64,000 nt of DNA from Prorocentrum cordatum. Lineage: Eukaryota. Below, one piece after another: positions 13,281 to 25,818 of this stretch. The stretch's first letter is position 1. Each line of letters opens with the position of its first letter. Both the position numbers and the translations under genes were made by a program. The stretch covers positions 124,001-188,000 of the forward strand of contig CAUYUJ010000001.1 of NCBI GenBank assembly GCA_963575745.1. The letters run 5' to 3'. The notes beneath the pieces are model-generated. The model saw only the letters and a list, made by a program, of their open reading frames with translations, was not told where the DNA came from and searched no databases.

Positions 13281-14974
13281 ATGTTTACGCTTCTGCGTCA
13301 TAGATGGCGAAGAAGTATCAGGCGAAACGCGCAGACCACCCTAAAAACTGATCTCGGGGTGCGACAGGGAAAAGCTATTCATACGGAAAAAGAATGGAGG
13401 AGGACGAGCAAGTCAAGGAGGAGGAGAACGAGGAGGAGGAGGAGGAGGACGACGACGAAAGCGAGGACGAAGACGAAGACAAGGACGAGGGCGATGACGA
13501 GGACGACGACGACGACTAGGAGGCGGAGCAGGAGGAGAAGGAGGAGGAGGAGGAGGAGGAGGAGGGGGAGGAGGGGGAGAGGGAGGAGGAGGGAAGGAGG
13601 AGGAGGCAGACGAAAAACGAGGAGGAGGACGACGAGGAGGAGCACGGGGAGGAAGGAGGGAGGACGAGGAGGACGAGGAAGACGAGGATCGGAGAGTCGC
13701 AGAATTACACTTTGGGCGAGTAGATTAGTTTTTTTGAGCGGATCCCTGAATTCCAAAATTACTTTTTGCGACATCGTCTTACGTATTGGTTCGCCCGCCA
13801 TTCGAGGGGGCCGATCGCGCCGTCAGATTTGCCATGGCTTCGACGTCGCTTGCCAGTGACAGTGTGGAACCAAGACTTGCGCCTCACGAGTGGATCGGAG
13901 GTGAGCGCAAGGTGAGTATTTCAGCTGCGAGGGGCGCGGGCGTTTGCCGCCACGCAGGGGCCTGGGGCAATTGGGAAACGCTCAGGGCAATGGAGGGCGG
14001 GAGGTAGAGGAAGAAGGGGGGAGGAGGAGGAGGAGGAGGGCAAAGCAGCGGGCGGGAATGGGGAACATAGTGACCAGGCGAGATGCTCTGATAGGGGGAG
14101 CGATATGGGCGGAGGCCGCAGTTGGAATTCCTTCGGATAGCCCTGGGACGTTCAGACACCCCCGCCCGGAGGCCGGCAGGGGGTTCTGTGGCCCTTGCCT
14201 TCCTGACTCTGCGGGCGGGGCGCGACGACGCACCCGACCTGGGCCCCGCCCCTTTCGCTAGGTGCCGGTCTGTACGTGATCGCCCCGCGCGAGACATATC
14301 ATCCAGCACGTTCAGAATTACTTTTAGCCAGGCACTAGGTGTAGTTCTGCACGCGCTGGCTTCGCCGGAGACATCCCCGTAGAACGGAGCACCGATAGAA
14401 CTACACCTAGCCAGCGGGGCGGGGCGCATGTCGGGCGCCGCTTCTCGCGCCCCCAACGTGTACCGCGCCCCGGCCGTGAAGTGCCGTTATGTACGTGTCC
14501 CTTTTGCGCGAAGCATCCGCTGCCCGCGCTGCCCATCGCCGAGGCCCCGCCCCCTGGGCCGCTTCCCGCCGACATCCCACACCCCCTGGCTCAGCGAAAC
14601 CAGCCGCATGCCTGGGGGCCGCGACCTCGCGCAGCCCGCTGCCCCCCCCCCGCCTGTGCCCCAGCAGCAAATCCGCGATCCGACCCCCCGCGCTCTCGAG
14701 TCCTTCTTCGCGCCGGATCCCCCGTCCGAGGGTGAAGCGCTTGTTCGCGTTATGAGTGTTCTTACGGTTGCCGCCACGCCTCGCCGTGAAACGTGGTGAT
14801 CGCTTCCACGCTTGGCACGCAACGTCGTCGGCACGACCATCGCCTGCCATCGTAGGTCGCGAGGCGGCATCCGTCCACCCAGACCGACCGACGCGCCAAA
14901 TTTCATTATGATTGCCACCCCTGGTCCCCGCAACAACGTGCAGTTTTGTTGTGCGTAGTTGTAAATACGTTCGG

Positions 14975-16295
14975 GAGGAGGACGAGGAAGACGAGCTGGA
15001 GGAGGACGCGGACTAGGAGGAGCAGGAGCAGGAGGAGGAGGAGGAGGAGGAGGAGGAAGAGGAGGAGGAGGAGGAGGACGAGGACGAGCAGGAGGAGGAG
15101 GAGACTGAACAGGAGGAGGAGGGGCGCTCGCGAGAGGGGAGGAGGAGGAGGGGAGGAGAGGAGGAAGGGGAGGAGGAGAGGAGGAGAGGAGGAGGTGATG
15201 AGAGTAGGAGGAGGAAGAGGAGGAGGGGAAGGAGGAACGAGAGAGGAGGAGGAGGAGAAGGGGAGGGGGGGAAAGGAGGAGGGGAGACGGATGAGATGGA
15301 AGGCGGAGGAGGAGCGGAGAGGAAGAGGAGAGTACGGAGGGGTAGGAAAGAGAAGGCATAGGAAGAGGAGGGAGGGGGAGGAAGGGAAGGAGAGACGTTG
15401 AGGAAATGAGGAGGATGAAGATGATGGGAGGGAGTAAGGACAAGGAGGATGGGAGGAGGTCGGAGGAGAGGAGGAGGAGGCGAAAGGAGGAGGGGGGAGA
15501 GGAGGAGCGAAGGAGGAGAGAGGAGGAGGAGGAGGAAGATGGAGGGGGAGGAGGAAGGAGGTAGAATGGAGGAGGAGGAGAGGAGGGAGGAAGGGGAGGA
15601 GGAGGGGAGGAGGAGGGAAGGAGGGAGGTCAGGAGGCAGGGAGGCAATGGTGCAGGGAGGGATGCGGGAGGGAGGCAGGGAGCGAGGGCCCCCCCGCAGG
15701 CGCCAGCCGCAGCTGGCAAGAGCAGGCTGTGAGAGGCCCCGCGCACCGTGTGGTGCCCTGGCTCGCGCTTTGGCGGGCGGGCGGCCGTCCGAGCTCCGTC
15801 GCCGCTTTATCCCTGCGCTCTGCGCTCCAGGGGATCTTCTCTTCCTCGTCCTCCTCCCTTTCCTCCTCCTCCCTTTCCTCCTCCTCCTCCTCCTCTCCTC
15901 CCCATTCCTCCTCCTCCTCCTCCTCCCCTCCTCCTCCCTCCTCCTCTCCTTTCTCCTCCTCCTCCTCCTCCCCCCTCCTTCTCCTCCTCCGACTCTCCTC
16001 CTTCCTCCTTATTGCCTCCTCCTCCTCTTCCTCCTCCTCGTCCTCCTTCCTCCTCCAACGTCCTCCTCCGTCCCTCCTCCCCCCCTCCTCCGTCCTATGC
16101 CTTCTCTTCCTCCCCTCCTACTCCTCCTCTTCCTCCTCTTCCTCCTCCTGCTCCTCCTCCTCTCCCCCTCCTCCTCCTCCTCCACCCTCCTCCTCCTCCA
16201 CCTCCTCCTCCTCCTCCTCCCTCCTCCTCGCTCCTCCTCCTGATCATCATCATCACCATCATCAGCATCCTCATCCATCATCATCATCATCATCA

Positions 16296-16333
<38 letters not shown>

Positions 16334-16380
16334 GTCTCCTCCTCCGCCCCCTCCTCCTCCGCCTCCTCCACTTCCTCATT
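14975..16380. repeat. (GAG)n tract followed by (CCT)n and (CAT)n tracts
   Basis: Purine-rich 14975-15680, pyrimidine-rich 15835-16240, and a CAT run at 16243-16330. Confidence 0.85.
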
Positions 16381-16844
16381 GTCCTCCGACACCAGCCATG
16401 CGCCATACCGTTGTTCGACGATGACTGACTCGCCCCTCGGCTAGAGCAATGTGTGTATACGTATGTACACCACATAGTATATATAGATAATATATATATA
16501 TATATATATATTATATGTATGTATGAATACAGATGGAGAGAGAGTGAGAGAGAGAGAGAGAGACATGAAGAGCAACTAATTACACACATTAAACAGAACG
16601 ATCGCCATCCCCACCAGCTTGATTTCCTTCGTAAGCCCGCCTGGGAGAGGGTGTACCAGACGCCGCTCGCTGGCCAGCGCGGGGGGAATCCGATGTTGAC
16701 TGTCTTCGTTTCCCATTATTCCCCCTCCCCTTTTCCCCAATCATCCTGTGGCGTTGGGCCCTCTTTTTGTAGAGACAGCGCCCCGCGTCACTCGATATTC
16801 CTCCTCCTCCTCCTCCTCCTCCTCCTCCTCCTCGCCCTCCTCCT

Positions 16845-17855
16845 CACATTCCTTGCCTCCGCCTTCCGCATGCCCATTTCGGCACACCATTCACACGCTT
16901 CGCGGCCCCACAGGGAGCTCCACCGAGGGCCCCAGAGGTAACGTTCGCTTGCGTCCGCGCCACTCAGTACAGCGCTTTGTGGCCCCATGGGGGGTTCCAC
17001 CGAAGGCACCAGAAATCCGTTCGCAGGCGTCCGCGCCACCGGTTACAAAGTTCTGTGGCCCCATTGGGGGCTCCACCGAAGGCCCCGGAGGGAGCGTTCG
17101 CATGCGTCCGCGCCACCCACGACAGCGACCGGGGGCTCCATCGAAGGCTCCAGAGGGAGCGTTCGCATGCGTCCGCGCCACCCAGTGTTGCGCTTCGTGG
17201 TCCCATACGGAGCTGCAACGAGCATGCGTCCGCGCCACCCAGTACAGCGCTTTGTGGCCCCATAGGGAGCTCCGCCGAAAGCCCCAGAAGGAGCGTTCGC
17301 ATGCGTCCGCGCAACCCAGTTTAGCGCTTCGTGGCCCCATAGGGATCTCCGCCGAAGGCCGAAGAGGTGGCATTCGCATGCGCCTCCGCCGCCCACCACA
17401 GCGCTTCGTGGCCCCACAGGGAGCTCCACCGAAGGTTCCAGTGGCCGCGGCCGCATGCGTCAGCGCCACCCAGTTTTGAGCATCGTGGTCCCGTAGGGGG
17501 CTCCACCGAAGGCCCAAGTGGCCGGCCGATGCCGCATCCGCCTCTCGACACATTACAGCGTTTCGTGTCCCCAGATGGAGCCCCACCGAGAACGCTCCAG
17601 TGGCCGCGGCCGCATGCGTCTCCCCCACCCACTGCAGCGCTTCGTGGCCGCATAGGGAGCTCCGCCGAAGACTCCAGTGGCCGCGGCCGCATGTGTCTCC
17701 CCCGCCCACTACAGCGCTGCGTGTCTCCATAGGGAGCTTCACCGAACGCTCGGCCGAAGACCCCAGTGGCCGCGGCCGCATGCGCCTCGCCCTCCCCCAC
17801 CCATTGCAGGACATCCCTCGCGCGCTTCGTGGCCCCACAGAGAGCTCCACCTAAA
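16845..17855. repeat. GC-rich minisatellite of ~60-70 bp (family A)
   Basis: Repeated GCGCTTCGTGGCCCCATAGGGAGCTCCACCGAAGGCCCCAG...GCATGCGTC. Confidence 0.9.
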
Positions 17856-19279
17856 GCGGTACCTACAACGCGGCATTCACAACTACACATGGCCGGATTC
17901 TTCGCTTGTTTTTATTGTTCCGAGGCTGAGTATTTTACAGGGAGTTCTAGGAGCTTCGCCGTCGGCCAAAGCAAAACGGTCGGCCAGCAGAAGGGGAGCG
18001 GAAGGCGGCGGAAGCATCGGTGAGACGCCAGCAGTATAGGGTCCATGGGAACCCAGTGTAGATGTACACTCAAGACGTCGATGTGTGGTCCATTTCGGGC
18101 TCAGGAGGATATCTGGTTTCCGGGCCGCTCTTCAGATCCAGGTCTAGGGCCTATGTTCGTGGCCGAGGCTCGCCGTGGCCAGGGAAGACCCCCTCGTTCC
18201 TGATTCGGCGTGCCCTACAGTAGGGGCCCGACCACAAGAAACCTTCCACAAGAAACCCAACCCTGAGACCCCATGGCATCCATTGTTTTTTGGTGTGGGA
18301 ACGTCGCGCTTCCCATCGCGAAACCATCCAAACCCAAGGAACCGGCACCCTGGAGGCAAGTTGGGTGTTTCTTGGCATGGGCCCCCATTGTATCGGCGGG
18401 AATTGTTCAAGCTTCCCCTGGTTCCTGCCCGCCGGTGGCTTTCCAACCTTGAGCGCCAACGCTGGCGCGGCCGCCACCGTCCTCAGACAATGGCTGTACG
18501 TGTATGGTAGCACGATGACTATATGGTTTAGTGAGAGGGCCGTCTACACAGGAAAGGGGGGCACCCCAAAACGCTAACAGCCAGGCTGGGGGGCACAACT
18601 AAAATGTAATATTCAAAATTACGTTTTTGTCCGAAGGCATGGTTTGGAAATCCAGAATTATGGTTTGTTGTTGTTTTTGCCCTGAAGGGCTGTGTGTGCT
18701 TGAATTCAGAAGTCGTGATTTTATTGTGGGAAGGCTTCGCCTCTTTTGCCGTTGTGGAAGTGTTGTTGCACGATGAACGCCACGTGCGAAACATGTTTGT
18801 GGGGAGTTGCGTGTGTAGTTTCATTCGCGGTTGATCGCGTAGTTGGTTTCGTTACTGTTCGTATCCATCACGGCCCACCCAGCAATAGGACCCAGGCGAA
18901 ATGTCTTGATCAGGGAAGTGCGGGAACATTCCGTGTAACGAAGAGAAATTGATGGGGGAGCCGTCAAACTGAATTTCGTGGGTCAGCCTGGGCACGCCCT
19001 GGAGTGAATGCACATTCGCGGCCCTTGCCGAAACAGGCAGGGCGCAGAAGAATGATGAGGGGGCGGGGGAGGAGGAGGTGGGGGAGGAACACGAGGAGGA
19101 CGAGGACTAAAAGGAAGAAGGGAGGAGCGACGGGAGTAGCAGGAGGGGGGCGAGCAGAAGTATGATGACATTGACTGCGCAAGCTTTTGGGGGGAGGAGG
19201 AGGAAGAAGAGGAGGAGGAGGAGGAGAAGGAGGAGGGAGGATGAGGAGGAGGAGAAGGAGGAAAGGAGGAGGAGGAGGA

Positions 19280-22200
19280 CGAGCGTACAACGCGCCCACG
19301 CGCGTGCGCGCGAGGTGTGAATTCTGCATTGTTCTCAGCGGTCTGGCAACGAAGGGGCCTGGAAACGAAGGGGTTGTTGGGCGGTGACCGAATGGGTGTT
19401 CCAGGTAGCGCGGGGCTGCAGCGCGCCAGCCAAGTGGCTCAGCGCGCAACGCGCCCGCGCGCGCGCGCCGGCGCGAGCTGTGAATTCTGTATCATTTATA
19501 ATAGAAGGGCCGCAATGTTGGCATGGGAGCTCAAGTGGTCCCCTAGCGGAGACCGATTGGATTTCCGATTGGCCATGGGTTTGTAGCGCGTCGGCGAAGT
19601 GGCTCAGCGCGCAACGCGCCCACGCGCGCGCGCGCGGGCGCGAGCTGTGAATTCTGCGTCATCCACAAAAGAAGGGCAGTCGTGCTGTCCTGGAAACTAA
19701 AGTGGCCCCCCAGCGGTGACCGACTGGATTGTCAAATTGACATGGGGATGTAGCATGTCGGCCAAGTGGCTCAGCGCACAAGTCGCCCGCGCGCGCGGGA
19801 GCGAGCCGCCACTCTGCGTTATCCAGAACAGAAGGGCCGCCATGGTGGCTTGGGAGTTCAAGCAGCCCCTTAGTGGTGGCCGATTTCTTTTTCCAATTTA
19901 ACATGGGCTTCTAGCACGTCGGCCAAGTGTCTCAGCGCACAGCGCGCCCGCGCGCGCGCGCGAGCTGTGAGTTCTACCCGCAATAGCAGGGCCGCCATGC
20001 TGGCCTGGGAAATCAAGCGGCCCATTAGCGGTGACCGATTGAATGTCCGAGTTAGCTCGAGTTTGTAGCATTTTGGTTAAGTGGTTACGCGTACAACGGG
20101 CCCACGCGCGCGCCCGCTTGCGATCGCGCGCGAGCTGTGAATTCTGCATCACCAGCAATGGGATGGCCGCCATGTTTGCATAGAAACTTCAGTGACCCCT
20201 TAGCAGTAACCGACGGATTTCCAAGCTAGCAAAAGGTCGTAGCATGCCGATTAAGTTGTGCGGCGTGCAGAGCGCCCACGCTTGCGCGCGCAGGCGCGAG
20301 CTGTGAACCCTGTGTTCCCCGCAATATGCATGCCGCCACGTTGGCCTGAGGACTCAAGTGGCCCCTTAGCGGTGGCCGATGGTATGTTTCCATATTTAAC
20401 ACGGGTTTGTAGCATGTCGGCCAAGTTGCCCAGCGTACAAGGCGCCTCGCGCGCGCGCCCGCGCGCGCGCGCGAGTTGTGATTTGTTTGCGCTACCCGCA
20501 GTAGAAGGGCCGCCATGTTGGCTTGCAAATTCAAGTAGCCCTTTTGCGGTGGCTTCCAGCATGTCAGCCAAGTGGCCCAGCGCACAACGCGCCCACGCGC
20601 GCGCGGGCGCGAGTCGTGAACCCCGGTCCAAAGTAGAAGGGCCGCCGTGTTGGCTTGGAAACCCGGACTGATTTCCAGGTTAGCACTGGTTTGTGACATG
20701 TTGGCCAAGTGGTTCAGCGCTCAACGCGCCCACCCGCGCGCGCGAGTTGTGACTTCTGGATCATTTGATTACCCATAATAGAAGGGCCGCCACGATTGCC
20801 TGGAAACACAAGTGCAACCCTATCGTTGGCCGATTCGATTTCCGAGTAACCATGAGCTTGCAGCGCGCCGATTAAGCTGTAAATTCTTTATTGCACGCAA
20901 TAGAGTGGCCGTCATGTTGGCCTGGAAGCCAGAGAGGCCCCATAGCGGTGGCCGATTGGTTTTCCCAGTTTACTTAGGGTTGCCGCATGTCGGCCAAGTT
21001 GCTCAGCGTACAACGCACCCGCGCGCACGCGCGGGCGCGAGTTGTGACCTCGGTATCGCTCACAACAGAAGGGCCGCCGTATTGGCTTGGAAAACTCAAG
21101 TGGCCTTCTAGCGATGGCCGACTGGATTTTCAATTTAACATGGGTTTGTTGCATGTCGCACAAGTGGCTCAGCGTAAAGGGCGCCCACGCGCGCCCGCGC
21201 GCGCGAGCAGTGACTTGCGAACTATCCACGCCAGAAGGGCCGCTATGTTTGCTGGGAAACTAAAGTTGTCCGTTGCGATGGAAGATTGGATCTCCTAGTT
21301 AACATGTGGTTGTGCCATGTTGGCCAAGTAGCTCAGCGCACAACGCGCCCGCGCGCGCGGGCGCGAGCTGTGAACTCTGCATCATCCACGACAGAGGACC
21401 CCCGTGCTGGCTTGGCAATTCAAGCGGCCCCGTGGCGGTGGCCGAATGGATTTCCAAGTTAACATGGGCATGCAGCGCGTCGGCCAAGTGGCTCAGCGCG
21501 CACGCGCGCGCGGGCTGTGCATCCTGCACTACCCACAATAGAAGGGCCGCTGTCTCGTGGAAACTCATGTGGCCCCTGAGCGGTGACCGATTGGAATTCC
21601 GAGTTCACATGGGCTTGTAGCATGTGGTTGAACGTACAACGCGCCCACGCGCGCGCCCCCCCCCCCCCGGCGCGTGCGAGCTTTGAAATCCGTACTACCC
21701 GCAATATCGGGTCCGCTGTGTTGGCATGGAAACTCAGTGGCCCCCCTGCAGTAACCGATTGAATTTCCGAGTTAACATGGGGGTTGTCGCGCATCGGCCA
21801 GGTGGCTCAGCGCACACGTCGCCCACGCGCGCGCTGGCTGTGAACTTTGTATTATCCACCGTACAACGGCCACCATGTTGGCATGGAAAATCTAATTGGC
21901 CAGTTAACGGTGATTGATTGTATTCTGAGTTAACATGGGCTTGTAGCATGTCGGTCGCGTGGCTTAACGTACAACGCGCCCGCGCGCGAGATGTGACTTC
22001 TGGACTACCCACATTAGAAAGGGCCGCCATGTTGTGGCCTGGAAACTCAAATGGCCCCTTAGCGGTGACCGATTGGATTTCGAAGTTAGCATGAGTTTGT
22101 AGCGCGTGGGTTACGTGGCTCGATTTACAAAGCGCCACCGCGCGCGCGCGCCCGCGACCGCGCGAGCGCGAGTCGTGAATCTTGGGTTACCCACAAAAGA

Positions 22201-22500
22201 AGGGCGCCCGTGTTGGCCTGTGAACGAGGGTGGCCTTGAGAGGCGACCGACTGCATCTCCAAGTTAACGCGTGGTTGGAGCATGTCGACCACGTGGCTGA
22301 GCGCACAACGCGCCCACGCGCGCGCGGGCGCGAGCTGTGAATTCTGTTGTGCCCACAATAGAAGGGCCGCTATGCTTGCCTGGAAACTCAAGCGGCCCCT
22401 CAGCGGTGGCCGAATGGATTTCCAAGTCAACATGGGGTTGTAGCACGTCGGCCAAGTGGCTCAGCGTACTAGGCGCGCGCGCGGGCGCGAGCTGTGCATT
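19280..22500. repeat. Tandem satellite of ~130 bp with (CG)n cores (family B)
   Basis: More than 20 degenerate copies of GTCGGCCAAGTGGCTCAGCGCACAACGCGCCCACGCGCGCGCGGGCGCGAGCTGTGAATTCTG...AATAGAAGGGCCGCCATGTTGGCCTGGAAACTCAAGTGGCCCC. Confidence 0.92.
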
Positions 22501-22799
22501 CGGCGCGCGGCGGCCGCGGGCCTTTCTGCGTGGGAAATACACGCAATATGCGAGCGCGGAAATGCAGCCGCACGCACTGTGGCCATGGGCCACTACGTAG
22601 GTAGGCGAACATACGGCTGCAAGGGGCAATGCCGCCGCGCGTTTGGGCGGGACACCATATTATGCGCGAGGGGAGAGCGCCGAGGCCATGCGCGGCCCGT
22701 GTTCAGCGCAGCCCGGTCGCCCCCGGCCTGGGGCCTGGCCCGGCAAGCAGCCCTGCCCATCCTGACCGGTGCCCAGCGGGCTGGCCCCTCGCCCACCCA

Positions 22800-22980
22800 C
22801 CTGAAGGAATTGACATGTTATAAGAGTTATCAATAGTTATAAGTAGGTTATAAGTATGTTGTAAGTAGGTTATAACAGGTTATAACATGTTATAATGTGT
22901 TGGCGCACTTATAAGTTTGCTAAGTCGGAGCCCTGAGTTAGCCCGAGTTATAAAAGTTAGTAACTCCGCTAACTTTTCAA
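22800..22980 (+). repeat. Left terminal inverted repeat and subterminal GTTATAA array
   Basis: GTTATAA or a one-mismatch variant at 22817, 22826, 22836, 22847, 22858, 22869, 22879, 22889 and 22947. Confidence 0.85.
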
Positions 22981-23194
22981 CATGGTTCTCACCATATCGA
23001 CATAATCATATGTCTTGCAGGGTGTACTCTTCAAAAAAAGAAGAATTTGATAATATTTTTGCAAGTGTTGCACTCATCATTGCGACTTCTCGCATATCAT
23101 ATCTACGCTGACCACAATTGCAATCGATGCAAATCCGCAGGTAGTGTTGCAACAATTGAGTTGCATGTTGTTTTTTTGGGCATGCCATGTTGAG

Positions 23195-23216
23195 TCCGTT
23201 GTCATTTGGGCTCCAG
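23195..23216 (+). other. Relic spliced leader upstream of ORF A
   Basis: TCCGTTGTCATTTGGGCTCCAG, 18/22 to DinoSL, ~65 nt before the ATG at 23281. Confidence 0.7.
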
Positions 23217-23280
23217 GGCATTTCGCGCGCATCATTTTGTGCTCACGAGTTGCAAGTTGCGTCTTGCATCCATCTGAGAC

Positions 23281-25665
23281 ATGCAGCCGCATGGAGCGGA
23301 TGCTAAGATTCTCAAATGCAAGGACGCAATGGACATTATTGAGAGGAAGTTCGACTCGCCTAAAGCAGAGGTGGTGGATTTGTACGAACAGGTCAAGGCG
23401 ATAGCTCGCCAACATGGTATGCTACTGACAGAGAAAATCAACAGTAAGTAAATGTACGTGAGCCCATGCAACAGATATGGCGACGGCGTCGTGCCGTGTG
23501 ACGTCACTGACTTGATCATTAAAATATTGGGAAATGGGTTCAGGCACGAGCATCGGTTGATGCCTACGTGTGCCGAGGTGCCCCCAGTGGGCACTGCTGA
23601 GTACCTCAAGATCAAAGGGTTTAACGACAAGATAATGGCCGATAGCGCAGGACAGCTGCCGTTCTACGATGATGGTGATGGTAAATATCAGAGTTACACA
23701 TGCGGTCATACATCGCAAGGTTTGCGATGCATCATACATGGCACGAACGTGCCCGAGACCAACCCAGAGCGGTTCAGCGACATAAGCCAGGACGGGAAGA
23801 TATCGTTGCAACGCCTCCAGCAATTCCAACCAATTTATGCTGATGCGGCTGTAAACGGTATCACATGGGACATCTTCAAATGGCAGTTTATCGAGGCGTT
23901 TCCTTTCGTTCCAGACCTTGTGCAAGAAGCGGGCAACGCAGGGCAGGCCGCTGCCAAGTGCGAGAGCAGGCTGGAAATCATGCTCAAGATTGCGCAGTAC
24001 GCGAAGAGCCTGAAGCAGAAATTAGAGCTGAATCCGGATGAGACGTTCCCATGGGATAAGGCCAGGCGCCAGGCGGGCAGGGGCGCAGTCTTCAAGCATG
24101 AGAAAGACCACATGGTGGACTATGTGAAGGAGATGTCAGGCGGACTGGGCAACCCAGCGTTTCTTCACGAGCTAAAGGACTTCAACAGGCACCTGGCCAG
24201 AGCGGCGATAGTAAAGTCAGATGTCGCGGCAGCCGTCGCGACTTGCAAGATCGCGAAGGAGGGGTCGGGGGTGCTATTCAAGCTCGCGTGCATCAAGGCT
24301 ATGCATGGCCCGAGCGACAAGTATAGGAAGGGCGACGAACAGACGCTACTGAAGCTCTCGGACGTCAATGTGTTGCAGAACGAACGCAAGGCGCAGATCG
24401 CGTTACAGGGCGATGAGTTGCTGCAGAAGATTCGCAAGCTTGCGATTGACTTCGAAATCGATCCATCGAGCGCTCGCTGGTCCAACATAGTCGGGCTCGC
24501 CGATGTTCGAGTTGCCCACTTCGTCTTCAACAAGCCCGACGAGAGCCGCGGGGTATACAAACAGATCACCGACATCGCAGTTGACGCTTGGAAAGCTATG
24601 GCTGCCAGCACTGGCAATAACAACGTTCGCTGCCCATGGAAGGCCAAGGCCGTCGCGCATGCACCACAGTGTGCTAGCAGCGTCTCCTCGACAGGTGTCA
24701 AGACCTTTGGCCAGCGTGGCGAGTGGGTGAACGTGTCCGAAACTTTGGATGTCAAAGGTTTCAAGGTGGGCGTGACGGTGTACAACCGCCAGGAGGGCGA
24801 TGAGTCTGTGTATGAGGTCAAGTCGATTGATGGGCAGAATGTGAAGATGCAGACGGGAGACGTAGAGCGCACCATAGATGCCGAGGACTTCATGCGAACC
24901 AAGTTCGCAATATACGACATCAAGAAAGAGGTAATCGACCAGTTCGACCAGTTCAGCCCATTGAATTGCATGGACTACCACTGGGGGGTCGAGGAAGCTC
25001 GGATCAAGATTGCACTCGACGAAGTCTATTCACAACATAGTGCTTGCCTCAAGCATATCACGGCGATTCATTCGCCAATCAAATATAAAGCGGCGTCAGT
25101 GAAGAAGGAGTTCAAGAAGGACGCCATCGGACTTGTTCCGTTGACGACAACCATATCGCTCAAGAAGGCGACGGATGAGATCAATATTGGCAACGTTTGC
25201 CTTAGGAAGTATACCGACCCTGCCAAGCATACCGATTACAACGTCGCGTTGATGGCCGCTGGCGGGTTCAGGCTCAAGCGTGAAGAGGGTGGGACTGGCA
25301 TTGGTGGTCTGAAGCGCGTGCCAGATCAGTACGGGGTGCCTTTCTGGTTGGTCGGCGTGTGCACCGCGAAGGAGAAGCCAAACTTGGCTGTGACATTTGT
25401 GACCGCCACGAACGGCATTAAGGTTCCCATCCTCAAAAACGCGGTCGAGCTCAAGAGCGGCGACAGGTTGCGCATGTCCGAGGACACAGCAAAGGCGCTT
25501 GCAAGGAAAGTTGCGTTGTCCGACGCCACGCCCGCCAAGCCCGCCAAGAAAAAAAGCAAAGACGCAGTGAGCCGCCCATTCGCCGCATTGCCGCGGCATT
25601 ACGCAGGGCGTTGGCGTCTCCCTCCGTATATGAACGCACCTTGTTGGATGGCGAAGACATACTGA
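23281..25665 (+). pseudogene. Transposon cargo ORF A, ~790 codons: putative ParB/Srx-like N-terminal domain and SET-like C-terminal motif, one in-frame TAA
   Basis: ATG at 23281 (MQPHGADAK...) is in frame with the 737-aa ORF across a TAA at 23449-23451. Motifs VSPCNRYGDGV..DV..LI..I...GF and SYTCGHTSQGLR; C-terminal PFWLV..PNL..VPILKNAVELKSGDRL. Intronless, complex globular sequence. Confidence 0.75.
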
Positions 25666-25755
25666 AATGCTTCACCCTGCGATGCGTCATCACACCATCG
25701 CATCGCATCATTCTGCGATGCAGCATCGCGCCAGTCTGCGACATCGTCGCAACGC

Positions 25756-25777
25756 ACCATAGCCGTTCTGGCTCAAT
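25756..25777 (+). other. Relic spliced leader upstream of ORF B
   Basis: ACCATAGCCGTTCTGGCTCAAT, 18/22 to DinoSL, ~42 nt before the ATG at 25819. Confidence 0.7.
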
Positions 25778-25818
25778 CGCTGGGGTATCACGCGGCCCAC
25801 GCTGCCCCGCACGTCTGC

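Noticed and set aside
23445..23475. GTAAGT...CAG intron that would remove the TAA in ORF A
   Set aside because: It is 31 nt long, would shift the frame, and would delete the SPCNR motif.
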